Part shown: positions 18,148 to 27,226 of the stretch, piece after piece
How positions within the stretch are numbered: position 1 is the first letter of the stretch
Layout of the letters: each line of letters opens with the position of its first letter
Source: Candidatus Hydrogenedentota bacterium
GTDB taxonomy: Bacteria; Hydrogenedentota; Hydrogenedentia; Hydrogenedentales; GCA-2746185
DNA: 27,226 nucleotides
Reading direction: 5' to 3'
Assembly (NCBI GenBank): GCA_046583315.1
Contig: JAYGCN010000033.1
Coordinates: 1 to 27,226, forward strand
Made by a program: the position numbers and the translations under genes
The notes under the pieces: generated by a model
Seen by the model: only the letters and a program-made list of their open reading frames with translations
The model's database searches: none
Told to the model about the DNA's origin: nothing

Positions 18148-19758
18148 ATGAATCTCTCTACACGTATTACACGGCTTGCCCTTCTCGCCTTGGTGTGCGC
18201 AATACAATACCCCGCGGAGGCCTGGGGACCACTGGCCCGTCGGACAATCGCGCAAAGTGCCTACAAACTCCTGCAATATGAAATCTATGATGTTGCCAAG
18301 GCGGGTCCCGTTTCCTACGAAGCCGACGTACTTCGCGGTGCAACCGACGGAGCCGCCGCAATCGAATACACGCTGCCCGTTCACAGCGACCAGCAAGCGA
18401 TAGAGGCCATCGGCTACGAAATTTATCTTCTGCGCGAGATTCGCAAAGAAGGTATGGGAAGCCATTTCGCTTATCGCCTGGGCGTCCTCTCGGCTCTGAT
18501 AGGGAACACCATGCAACCCTTCGGGAATCCGTGGACCGATGACGAAGAACGAATTCACGATATAACCGATCAAGCGATAGAAGACCGGGCGCGTGAAAAC
18601 ATGAGCGTCGTCATTCGCGATCACAAGAGTCAGTACATTTCTTCTTTCGCGCAGTACGTGAAGAAAAATCGTCCGGGCTTCGAAGACGACATGGTCATCA
18701 TTCGTGAAGACTTTCGCAGAGGCATCAACGAGCGGGGTTTTACCACTGCGGCCACCCCCACCTATTTCCGGCGTTCTGTTCTCGCCGTATGCGATGTCTG
18801 GAAAACCATTCTCGGTCGAACCGATCCCGGCATCACCTACAATCCCTCTCGTGAAGCCATCACCTGGTACTACGTGGATGAAATTGGATACCTCCTGAAC
18901 GTCCGCGAAAACATCGAGTATGCCAATCGTGCCTACAAAGTGTATCAACGCCTCAATCCCGGCATCATTGAGACCCATATCGCCGTCGGTGACCTCTATT
19001 ACCACTTCGGCACGCGCGAAAGCCGTGAAATCGGCGTGACCGAATGGAAAATAGCCCAACGCACACCGGGAAAATATCGCAAGCAGGCCTCGCGTCTTCT
19101 CTCCGACCACTACATCTCCGAAGGGGAAAGTTACGTCGCCCATTCCAAAACACCGGAGTCTCTGGAATCCGACCTGCCCGACGCGCTGCATTCCTACGAA
19201 TCCGCACTGGAGTTTGACCGTACCAATGCCATAGCGGCTCGTAAGATAAGCGATACCTCCGTCGCCATCCAGGATCGAAAACGCCTGTATACCGAACAAC
19301 AGCAATACATCGACGGCGCCACGCTCGCGATACAGAGCGCAGAAGAAGGCAAACTGGCGCAAGACTTTGGCTCGGCCATCGGTGATTACGGAATTGCGCT
19401 GGGATTCCTCGAACTGGTAGATAACGAATTTCGCGATCTCGCGGAAGTCGCAAAACAACGAACTAGTGACGTCAAAAAGAATATTAAATCCACCGTTCGC
19501 GCCGTTATCAACCTGGCAAATGCGAACGTCGAGGCCGGTGACAATGCACTTCTGAACACCAATTACGACGAAGCCATTCGAAATTACCGTGCCGTCGATA
19601 CCACCCTGAGAATCCTCAGCCCCGATTCAATGACCAGCGTGGACAAGCAATCGGTCGATGGCCTTCTCGCTTCGGCGGAACAAGGCATCAACGACGCTAA
19701 AGTCGGGAAGGAACGGGAGGCAAAGAGACCGAATCCAACTGCCGATCTGGATCTCTAA
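18148..19758 (+). CDS. Secreted all-helical/TPR-like protein with a degenerate phospholipase C/P1 nuclease-like N-terminal domain
   Basis: Signal peptide ending AEA, mature start WGPLARRTIAQSA, LGVLSALIGNTMQPF. TPR-like segments: HIAVGDLYYHFG, ALHSYESALEFDRTN, AIGDYGIAL, GDNALLNTNYDEAIRNY. Confidence 0.75.
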   Translation: MNLSTRITRLALLALVCAIQYPAEAWGPLARRTIAQSAYKLLQYEIYDVAKAGPVSYEADVLRGATDGAAAIEYTLPVHSDQQAIEAIGYEIYLLREIRKEGMGSHFAYRLGVLSALIGNTMQPFGNPWTDDEERIHDITDQAIEDRARENMSVVIRDHKSQYISSFAQYVKKNRPGFEDDMVIIREDFRRGINERGFTTAATPTYFRRSVLAVCDVWKTILGRTDPGITYNPSREAITWYYVDEIGYLLNVRENIEYANRAYKVYQRLNPGIIETHIAVGDLYYHFGTRESREIGVTEWKIAQRTPGKYRKQASRLLSDHYISEGESYVAHSKTPESLESDLPDALHSYESALEFDRTNAIAARKISDTSVAIQDRKRLYTEQQQYIDGATLAIQSAEEGKLAQDFGSAIGDYGIALGFLELVDNEFRDLAEVAKQRTSDVKKNIKSTVRAVINLANANVEAGDNALLNTNYDEAIRNYRAVDTTLRILSPDSMTSVDKQSVDGLLASAEQGINDAKVGKEREAKRPNPTADLDL

Positions 19759-19876
19759 CAGGCATTCCCGACACCCCGCAGTTCGAGTAGCGCCCCAAGC
19801 CGTCCTCAGAATCGGCCACCGATCGATCCCTTAAATCAGCACCCCCGAGCCCAGCTGGCGGCCCCAATATCGAACA

Positions 19877-19885
19877 TGCTATACT
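19877..19885 (+). promoter_or_regulatory. Putative extended -10 promoter for the transketolase-like gene
   Basis: TGcTATACT about 80 nt upstream of ATG 19965. Confidence 0.5.
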
Positions 19886-19964
19886 CTGCGCTTTCGTGCA
19901 CCCTGTCATGCTGTGGGAAAGGTGCATTCGCAGGGCAACCAAACCAGAATCAGGAACCCAATTC

Positions 19965-21860
19965 ATGAGTTTCCCCATTGGTACATCGCGCTATAAACCG
20001 CTCTCGCTCGATCTCGATCAACCCGAGCTCGACGAAACTACACTCGAACAACTCAATACGAATATCCAGATCGTCCGCGATACCATCATCTTCTTTACCG
20101 CGGTCGCCGGTGCACGTGGACTCGGCGGACACACCGGCGGTGCCTACAGCATCGTGCCCGAAGTTCTCATCGCCGACGGATTCATGCGCGAGTCCGATTC
20201 GGTTTATCCCGCCTACTTCGACGAAGCCGGCCACCGCGTCGCCATTCAATACGCGATGTCTGCGTTCAACGGCGTCTTCCCTTTCGAAAAACTCCTGCAC
20301 TACCGCGAAGCGAACTCCGGGCTCTACGGTCATCCCGAATACGATCCCGAATTGGGCATCGCATTCAGCTCGGGACGTCTCGGCCACATGTGGCCCTTCG
20401 TCAACGGCGTCGCTATGGCCAATCCCGAAAAAGCCATCGTGCTCTTTGGTTCCGACGGCTCCCAGCAAGAAGGCAACAACGCCGAAGCCGCTCGCCTTGC
20501 CGTGGCACAAGGCCTCAACGTAAAACTCTTCATCGACGACAACAACGTCACCATCGCCGGACATCCGCAAGACTACCTGCCCGGCTATGACATCACAAAA
20601 ACACTAGAAGGCCACGGCCTCACCGTTGATACAGGAGACGGCGAAGATATTGCCGAACTCTACCGTCGCATGCAGAAAGCATTCGCTACTGACGGCCCCG
20701 TTGCCCTCGTCAACAAACGCCCCATGGCACCCGGCGTTCCCGGGGTCGAAGGCACCACGAGTGGTCACGACGTGATCGGCAAAGATGCCGCCGTCGCCTA
20801 CCTCGAACTCCACGGGCTCACTGATGCGCTTGACCAGCTCAATAGTGTGGAAAAAGTTTCCTCCTCCGCAACCTATCTCGGATCCAGCGACGAACTCTCC
20901 AACAACCGTGGTGAATTCGGCAATATTATGAACGGCATTCTCGATGCCATTCCCGAGGAAAAGCGCATCGCCTCGGTGCTCGTCATCGATTCCGACCTCG
21001 AAGGCTCCACCGGCCTCAAAAACATCCACGTCGCTCATCCCGAAGTCTACAAACTCGGCGGCATCATGGAGCGCGGCAACTTTTCCGCCGCCGCCGGATT
21101 CGGATTCGATGAAGGCAAACAAGGTGTCTTCAGCACCTTCTCCGCCTTCCTGGAAATGATCATTTCCGAAGCGACCATGGCACGCTTGAACGAATCCAAC
21201 GTGTTGTGCCACTTCTCCCACGCCGGTGTCGACGACATGGCCGACAACACCTGCCACTTCGGCATCAACATCTGGCTCGCCCACAGCGGCATTCAGGAAA
21301 ACGACACGACACGACTCTATTTCCCCGCCGATGCCGGACAAATGAAACCCCTGCTCGAATCCGTATTCACCGATCCCGGCATCCGCTACGTCTTCAGCAC
21401 CCGCTCGAAAGTCCCCTACGTCCTCAAAGAAGACGGTTCAAAATTCTACGACGACAACTACAAATTCGAAGCTGGAAAAGACGATGTCATCCGTGAAGGC
21501 ACCGCTGGCTACGTCGTCGCTTACGGAGAAATGTTGTACCGCGCACTCGACGCTGTCGAAAAAGCCCGCGCCGACGGCATCGACGTCGGCCTCATCAACA
21601 AAGCCTGCCTCAACACGATTGACGAAGACGCCATGGCCAAAGTCGGTACCTCACCCTTCGCACTCATCGTTGAAGGCCAGAACGTCAACACGGGCCTCGG
21701 CATGCGATACGGCACGCAACTCCTCGAACGTGGTCTCACTCCAAAATACGCACACATGGGCATCGCAAAACTGGGCGCCGGCGGCCTCTCCGAACATATC
21801 ATCCACCAAGGCCTCGCACCCTCCGACATTCTTGGTAAAATCGAAGAACTCAACGGCTAG
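19965..21860 (+). CDS. Transketolase-like thiamine diphosphate-dependent enzyme (atypical subfamily), 631 aa
   Basis: GGHTGG, DEAGH, LYGHPE, SSGRLGH, ThDP motif GSDGSQQEG...DDNN, DSDLEGSTG, GIMERG, TFSAF, FSHAG. ATG 19965 with RBS AGGA. Confidence 0.88.
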   Translation: MSFPIGTSRYKPLSLDLDQPELDETTLEQLNTNIQIVRDTIIFFTAVAGARGLGGHTGGAYSIVPEVLIADGFMRESDSVYPAYFDEAGHRVAIQYAMSAFNGVFPFEKLLHYREANSGLYGHPEYDPELGIAFSSGRLGHMWPFVNGVAMANPEKAIVLFGSDGSQQEGNNAEAARLAVAQGLNVKLFIDDNNVTIAGHPQDYLPGYDITKTLEGHGLTVDTGDGEDIAELYRRMQKAFATDGPVALVNKRPMAPGVPGVEGTTSGHDVIGKDAAVAYLELHGLTDALDQLNSVEKVSSSATYLGSSDELSNNRGEFGNIMNGILDAIPEEKRIASVLVIDSDLEGSTGLKNIHVAHPEVYKLGGIMERGNFSAAAGFGFDEGKQGVFSTFSAFLEMIISEATMARLNESNVLCHFSHAGVDDMADNTCHFGINIWLAHSGIQENDTTRLYFPADAGQMKPLLESVFTDPGIRYVFSTRSKVPYVLKEDGSKFYDDNYKFEAGKDDVIREGTAGYVVAYGEMLYRALDAVEKARADGIDVGLINKACLNTIDEDAMAKVGTSPFALIVEGQNVNTGLGMRYGTQLLERGLTPKYAHMGIAKLGAGGLSEHIIHQGLAPSDILGKIEELNG

Positions 21861-21910
21861 TCGCCCACACTCCTATATTTTGATCGCCCTTGGACGGAGC
21901 GATAATCTAG

Positions 21911-21949
21911 AAAAGGCCCGTATACGATTCACTCGTAGACGGGCCTTTT
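21911..21949. terminator. Bidirectional intrinsic terminator
   Basis: AAAAGGCCCGT-A-TACGA-ttcac-TCGTA-G-ACGGGCCTTTT between convergent genes, with T-tracts on both strands. Confidence 0.9.
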
Positions 21950-21971
21950 GTTTCAAAATTAAATGTGCAGA

Positions 21972-23456
21972 CTAACTCTCTTGCGTAGACGCTCCCGCAA
22001 GTTCCGCTACTTCTTCCTCAGACTTCGGCTTACGAATATCAAGCTTCGTAATCGGACGCATCATCAGACGTTTGATTCCGTTAAAAATCGTGCGCGCCTG
22101 CGCCTTCGAACGCGTATGCCACAGCAGTCTCGCGATAACTTTCGGACGGAAATAAAATTTCTGATAGGCCTTGCGATACAGGCTCTTCATCGTGTCATCA
22201 TCAACCGGCGAATAACTACGAACAAAGTAATGTTGCCCCATGCCTTCCGGATCATAATCCAGATTGGCATAGATAACGCCGGAATTCACCAAGTCTTCAT
22301 AAATTTTCGTACCCGGCGTCGGACGTAATGGCGAGAATATCGCAATGTTCAGAGGCAACGAACATGCCAAATCGATTGTCGCTTCGATTTCGTCTGCCGT
22401 TTCATCGGGGAACCCTATCATAAAGAAGCCCTGTAGCATCATCTTCGGGGCTGCCTCATGAACCATGTTCACTTTCTCAATCGTCTGCTCAACCGTCAGG
22501 ACCTTCTTGATCTCTTTCAAGATGCGATTCGTAGCACTCTCGATACCGAAGGACAAGGCATAACATCCTGCCTCCGACATTTTCGCCACCAACTCTGCAT
22601 CCAGACGATCCAGACGCACACCGTAGGGGCAATTCCAGCCGATATTGATTTCCTCATCAATGAGCCGCTGGCAAAATTCCATCACATAATCGCGGTAAAA
22701 TACGAAGTTCTCATCCACGATATCAATCGACTTCACGCCATACTTGTTCTGCAGTACCTTTATCTCTTCGATGACACCATCGATGCTACGCTTGCGTACT
22801 TTGCGCCCTGTGATGAGATAGGACCCGCAGAAGGTGCACAGGTACGGACAACCACGCGTCAAAATCATCGGAGCGGCGGGATAATTATTCGTCATGAACG
22901 AATAGCCCCACTTATACTCGTGCGGCTTCATCATGTCCCAAGCCGGCATCGGCAACGAATCCAAATCGTCGTGCAACACTTTTTCGTTTCCGCGTATGGT
23001 TCCATCGGCTTCAAGCCACGCAAGCCCCGGAACACTTTCAAAATCGTGATTGCCCGATTCGATCATTTCCAGGAACGGAAGCCAGCCAGGCTCCGCTTCA
23101 CCGGCGAAGGCATAATCCAATCCCGGAAATTGACGATAAAACCCTTCAGACCCTTCCGTACTCGGATGTGGTCCACCAATGACAGTCTTAATGTCCGACG
23201 ATACTCGCTTCACCCGCTTGACCATTTCAGCCACCGGTTCCAGATCCGCCGAATACGATTTAATTCCCACCAAATCAGGTTTGCGCTGGGCGACTTCCAA
23301 TTCCCAATCGTCCATCGACAGGTGATGGCGGATGCAGTCAAGGAATTCCACCTCATGTCCCGCATCCAGTGCCATCTGGGATAAATACCCCAGTCCAATA
23401 TCCGGAATCACATGAAATCGCTCCACCGACACCGAAACGGCTAGTAAAATCTTCAT
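21972..23456 (-). CDS. Cobalamin-binding radical SAM protein (class B methylase-like)
   Basis: N-terminal B12-binding domain (PDIGLGYL, KPDLVGI, VIGGPHPS, AGEAE), RGCPYLCTFC (CxxxCxxC), VDENF, FGIES, FMIGFPDET, PTPGT. Confidence 0.93.
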   Translation of the reverse strand: MKILLAVSVSVERFHVIPDIGLGYLSQMALDAGHEVEFLDCIRHHLSMDDWELEVAQRKPDLVGIKSYSADLEPVAEMVKRVKRVSSDIKTVIGGPHPSTEGSEGFYRQFPGLDYAFAGEAEPGWLPFLEMIESGNHDFESVPGLAWLEADGTIRGNEKVLHDDLDSLPMPAWDMMKPHEYKWGYSFMTNNYPAAPMILTRGCPYLCTFCGSYLITGRKVRKRSIDGVIEEIKVLQNKYGVKSIDIVDENFVFYRDYVMEFCQRLIDEEINIGWNCPYGVRLDRLDAELVAKMSEAGCYALSFGIESATNRILKEIKKVLTVEQTIEKVNMVHEAAPKMMLQGFFMIGFPDETADEIEATIDLACSLPLNIAIFSPLRPTPGTKIYEDLVNSGVIYANLDYDPEGMGQHYFVRSYSPVDDDTMKSLYRKAYQKFYFRPKVIARLLWHTRSKAQARTIFNGIKRLMMRPITKLDIRKPKSEEEVAELAGASTQES

Positions 23457-23531
23457 AAAGCTATGTACCTTCTAGGCTCGGACGTGCTTTTGAATAATAT
23501 GAATAAATAAGGGCAGCACGCCACGTAAGAT

Positions 23532-23560
23532 AGTGTATAAGAAAACGAAGAGCCTGTCAA
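23532..23560 (-). promoter_or_regulatory. Sigma70 promoter for the radical SAM gene
   Basis: Minus strand TTGACA, 17 nt, TACACT. Confidence 0.75.
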
Positions 23561-23590
23561 TATTGCATTTTCTGGAATTTCATATCCGCA

Positions 23591-23661
23591 TGTCCATAAT
23601 AGACGATTCGTGTCCACTATCCATGCCTCTCTTCCTTACATGTCCATCAAAACCGTATAAT
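23591..23661 (+). promoter_or_regulatory. Phased TGTCCA direct repeats and a consensus -10 (TATAAT) upstream of the PVC-type protein
   Basis: TGTCCA at 23591, 23611 and 23641. TATAAT at 23656-23661 has no good -35. Confidence 0.45.
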
Positions 23662-23698
23662 ACGCCCTCACTAACCCCCTTTGACGACGGAGTTCTCC

Positions 23699-26600
23699 AT
23701 GAAATATACCATTTTGGCTGCCCTTGCGCTCACGTGCACTGTTTTGACCCCGCAAACACTTGCTCAAATTGAAGTTACCGGCCCGTCCGGCTACACCCCC
23801 TCCGTAGCCGAAGCCTCCGACGAAGGCGAACGCGTCATCCGGCGATTCCAGAAACCTGACGACATGGAAGTCACTCTCTTCGCCGCCGAACCCATGCTCG
23901 CCAACCCCGTCAGCTTCACTGTCGACCATCAAGGTCGCTTCTACGTCGCAGAAACCTTCCGTCATCACGCTGGGGTCTCGGACATGCGCGGACACCGCAG
24001 TTGGCTCGTTGAAGACCTCGCGAACCGCACCATCGAAGAACGCCTCGAAACCATGCGCCGCAATCTTGGGGCCGATTTCGCGGGCTATTCCGGTCAACAG
24101 GATCGCATCCGCCAAATCGTCGACCTCGATCGCGACGGTATCGCCGACGTCGCCACGGTTTTCTCCGACGGTTACGACGACACACTTGACGGCATCGGTT
24201 CAGGACTGCTCGTCGATCGCGGTGCAGTCTTCTACACCTGTATCCCGGATGTGTACAAACTCATCGACACAGACGACGACGGACATGCCGACTCAAAAGA
24301 ATCGCTGAGCACAGGATACGGCGTACACATCAACTTTCTCGGTCACGATTCCCACGGCCTGCGCAAAGGACCTGACGGTCGCATCTATTTCACCATCGGT
24401 GATCGCGGATTCAGCGTCACCAACAAAGAAGGCAAACTGCTCGACTATCCCGACACCGGCGCCGTGCTCCGTTGTTTCCCCGATGGCTCAGGACTCGAAG
24501 TCGTACATGAAGGATTACGCAACCCGCAGGAACTCGCCTTCGACGCGTATGGAAATCTTTTCACCGGCGACAACAATTCCGACGGCGGCGATCAGGCCCG
24601 TTGGGTCTACATCGTCGATGGCGGCGACAGCGGGTGGACCATCGGCTGGCAATGGCAGACCACGCCCAATCCGCGCGGTCCCTGGAACTCCGAAAAAATG
24701 TGGCATCCCTATCACGAAGGACAACCCGCCCATCTCGTGCCGCCCATTCAAAATATTGGCGCAGGACCCTCCGGCCTCACCTACTACCCCGGCACCGGAA
24801 TGCCGGACCGCTACGAAAACTATTTCTTCCTCTGCGATTTCCGTGGCGACCCCAACGGAAGCCTCATCCACGCCATACAAGTCGAAGAGGACGGTGCGGG
24901 CTTCAAAATCGCCGACCGCCACGACTTCTCCAAACAAGCCCTCGCCACCGACGTCGACTTCGGCATGGACGGCGGTATCTACTTCACCGACTGGGTCGCA
25001 GGATGGGACAAAACCTCGAAAGGCCGCATCTACCGCATCGCCGAACCCGGCGTTTCCAAACAACCCCTCGTCGCCGAAACACGCACCCTGCTCGCCGAAG
25101 GCATGACCGAACGTTCCGACGCTGAACTCCTGAAACTCCTGTCCCACGCCGACATGCGCGTTCGTTTCGAGGCCCAATACGAGCTCGCCGACCACGGCGC
25201 GAAAGGCCTCACCACATTCAAGAACGCTCTCACCCAGGACGAACTCTTCCCGAAACTCCACGGCATTTGGGGACTCTGGCAGCAAATGCTCGCTGGCGAC
25301 ATCGAGGCCTCCGAACTAATTCCCTATCTCTCCGACAAAAACGTCGCAGTTCGGTCACAAGCCGCGCGTATTCTGCTCGAAGCATCAAAACCTACAGGCC
25401 AGAACGAACTCGTCGCCATGCTCAGCGACAGCGAAGCACGTCCCCGATTCTTCGCCGCCATCGCGCTCGGCGGTCAGGGCATGAAATCAGCCGAAACGCA
25501 AGCCGCACTCGAATCCATGATCATCACCAACAACGGCAACGACCCCTACCTTCGTCACGCGGGCGTCATGGGACTGCTCGGCACGGTCTCAGCAGAAAAT
25601 CTCGTCAACTATTCTACGCACGCCAACAAGGAACTGCGTCTCACCGCATTGCTCGCACTGCGCCGACTCCAACACATCGGCGTGACAAAATTCCTCAACG
25701 ATTCCGATACCTTCATCATCACCGAAGCCGCCCGCGCCATCCACGACGGCTACGTCCCCGAAGCCTACCCAGCCCTCGCCGCATTTGCAGACGACGACAA
25801 GATGGACTGGAACAACGCCGCACTCGCACGACGCGTCATGAACGCCCACTACCGCCTCGGCACATCAGACAACGGTTCCGCCATCGCCAAAATCGCCGCC
25901 ATGGAAGGCATCCCCGTGCCGCTGCGTGAAGAAGCCATCACCAATCTCATCGAATGGGAACAACCCCCCGAACTCGACCGCATCAACGGCATGTGGCGCC
26001 CAATCGAAAAACGCGACTCCACCATCTCCCCCGAATTTCTCACCAAAGTCATTCCCGGACTGCTCGATAGTGACTCTAACAACGTGAAAATCTCCGCAAC
26101 CAACCTCGCAAAGAGGCACAACGTCTCCGCAACGGGTCCGAATCTGCTCAATATCGTCGCGGAAGCATCCCACGGCTCCGAGGTACGTATCGCCGCGTTG
26201 CAGGCCCTCTCCGAATTGAAAACTCCGGACCTCAACAAGGCCATCGACGCCGCCATGGACTCAGACGCGCCACTGGTTCGTCTCGAAGGTGTGACGCAAC
26301 TGGCCAAGCTCGATCCCAAAAGAGCCACGCCGATTCTGACCAAGACTATCGACAAAGGCGAACTCTCTGAACAACAGGCCGCGTTAAACGCACTCGGCAC
26401 AATCGAAGGCAAAGCCGCCGAAAAATCGCTGCTCAGCTGGATCAAAAAACTGGACTCCGGAAAAGCACCCGCCCCGATTCAGGCCGACATCATCCTCGCG
26501 GCAAAATCCTCCCCCATGACATCCGTGCAAAAATCCATCACAGCCTACGAAGCAAAATTCTCCGACGAAGAAGCTATCGACAGATGGTTACCCGCCCTAG

Positions 26601-27106
26601 AAGGCGGCAACGGCATCCGCGGCCGAAAACTGTTCATGGAAAAAGCCGAAACCCAGTGCCTGCGCTGCCACACCATCGGAAGAAGTAAAGGTAGCGAAGT
26701 CGGCCCCGACCTCTCCGATGTCGGATCGCGACTCGACCGCAACACCATCCTCGAATCCATCGTATTCCCCAACAACACCATCGCCGACGGTTTCGAAAAC
26801 GTGATCATCGAACTGAACAGCGGCGACGAGATCGCGGGACGCGTCATCGACGACACAACCGACACATTGGTTCTCGAACTCGACACCGCAGAATTCGCCC
26901 GCCTCAAAACCTCAAAGAATCCGCACAGTATCGTAGACGTCATAGCAGAAGGCTCCAGCCTGGCACGCACCCAGGTCGCCTTTGCAAAATCCGACATCAA
27001 AGACCGCTTCCGCGATCTCTCCTCCATGCCCCAAGACCTCACCGAATTCCTCACCCTGCACGAACTGCGCGACCTCGTAGAGTTCCTCACATCCCGCGTG
27101 AAATAG
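23699..27106 (+). CDS. PVC-type haem-binding CxxCH protein (membrane-bound dehydrogenase-like beta-propeller, HEAT repeats, cytochrome c), 1135 aa
   Basis: RBS GGAG and signal peptide. Motifs LFAAEPMLANPV, GPDGRIYFTIGD, GLRNPQELAFD, FGMDGGIYFTDW, HEAT-like repeats, CLRCH, VGPDLS, ILESIVFPN, SSMP...LRDLVEFL. Confidence 0.93.
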   Translation: MKYTILAALALTCTVLTPQTLAQIEVTGPSGYTPSVAEASDEGERVIRRFQKPDDMEVTLFAAEPMLANPVSFTVDHQGRFYVAETFRHHAGVSDMRGHRSWLVEDLANRTIEERLETMRRNLGADFAGYSGQQDRIRQIVDLDRDGIADVATVFSDGYDDTLDGIGSGLLVDRGAVFYTCIPDVYKLIDTDDDGHADSKESLSTGYGVHINFLGHDSHGLRKGPDGRIYFTIGDRGFSVTNKEGKLLDYPDTGAVLRCFPDGSGLEVVHEGLRNPQELAFDAYGNLFTGDNNSDGGDQARWVYIVDGGDSGWTIGWQWQTTPNPRGPWNSEKMWHPYHEGQPAHLVPPIQNIGAGPSGLTYYPGTGMPDRYENYFFLCDFRGDPNGSLIHAIQVEEDGAGFKIADRHDFSKQALATDVDFGMDGGIYFTDWVAGWDKTSKGRIYRIAEPGVSKQPLVAETRTLLAEGMTERSDAELLKLLSHADMRVRFEAQYELADHGAKGLTTFKNALTQDELFPKLHGIWGLWQQMLAGDIEASELIPYLSDKNVAVRSQAARILLEASKPTGQNELVAMLSDSEARPRFFAAIALGGQGMKSAETQAALESMIITNNGNDPYLRHAGVMGLLGTVSAENLVNYSTHANKELRLTALLALRRLQHIGVTKFLNDSDTFIITEAARAIHDGYVPEAYPALAAFADDDKMDWNNAALARRVMNAHYRLGTSDNGSAIAKIAAMEGIPVPLREEAITNLIEWEQPPELDRINGMWRPIEKRDSTISPEFLTKVIPGLLDSDSNNVKISATNLAKRHNVSATGPNLLNIVAEASHGSEVRIAALQALSELKTPDLNKAIDAAMDSDAPLVRLEGVTQLAKLDPKRATPILTKTIDKGELSEQQAALNALGTIEGKAAEKSLLSWIKKLDSGKAPAPIQADIILAAKSSPMTSVQKSITAYEAKFSDEEAIDRWLPALEGGNGIRGRKLFMEKAETQCLRCHTIGRSKGSEVGPDLSDVGSRLDRNTILESIVFPNNTIADGFENVIIELNSGDEIAGRVIDDTTDTLVLELDTAEFARLKTSKNPHSIVDVIAEGSSLARTQVAFAKSDIKDRFRDLSSMPQDLTEFLTLHELRDLVEFLTSRVK

Positions 27107-27226
27107 AGGCATCATTGTCAATACCGTCCCATCGCGTCCGAATTACTATTCCGCCATACTGACCACTCGGTGTATTGACACACGCGATACAATTATGAGA
27201 TGGTCACTGGCATACTGAACAAGAAT

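Noticed and set aside
18148..19758. TPR protein as an O-GlcNAc transferase partner of the GH84
   Set aside because: It has a signal peptide and no recognisable GT41 catalytic domain, so no writer/eraser pair is visible in this window.
19760..19964. TPP riboswitch or tRNA upstream of the ThDP enzyme
   Set aside because: No TPP aptamer signature. The GTTCGA near 19781 is not within a cloverleaf.
23583..23650. DnaA boxes / replication origin
   Set aside because: The repeats match TTATCCACA poorly, and there is no dnaA context or visible skew switch.

Overview
Bacterial chromosomal window of about 20 protein-coding genes. It contains no rRNA, tRNA, CRISPR array or mobile element that I can support. 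A PVC-type haem-binding dehydrogenase suggests a PVC/Hydrogenedentes-like host (inference only). In order: (1) a long AS3MT-like arsenite methyltransferase running off the left edge, absent from the ORF track; (2) a divergent ECF41 module, made of a TGTCAC-N16-CGTC-type promoter, an AhpD/CMD gene and a sigma factor broken by one extra base; (3) pilC-ppiC-argS, where the ArgRS looks archaeal-type; (4) a SpoU methylase and three secreted amide/peptide hydrolases; (5) a minus-strand cluster of an NgcE-like sugar-binding protein, two permeases, a cytoplasmic GH84 closely resembling human O-GlcNAcase and a secreted unknown protein; (6) a secreted TPR protein with an apparently dead PLC/P1-nuclease-like domain; (7) an atypical transketolase-like ThDP enzyme; (8) a B12-binding radical SAM protein; (9) the PVC-type CxxCH protein. 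The best candidate for an undescribed system is the GlcNAc-conjugate import cluster with the eukaryote-like O-GlcNAcase and the unknown secreted protein (11932-17945). Family assignments come from motif recognition and recalled sequences; no searches were run.
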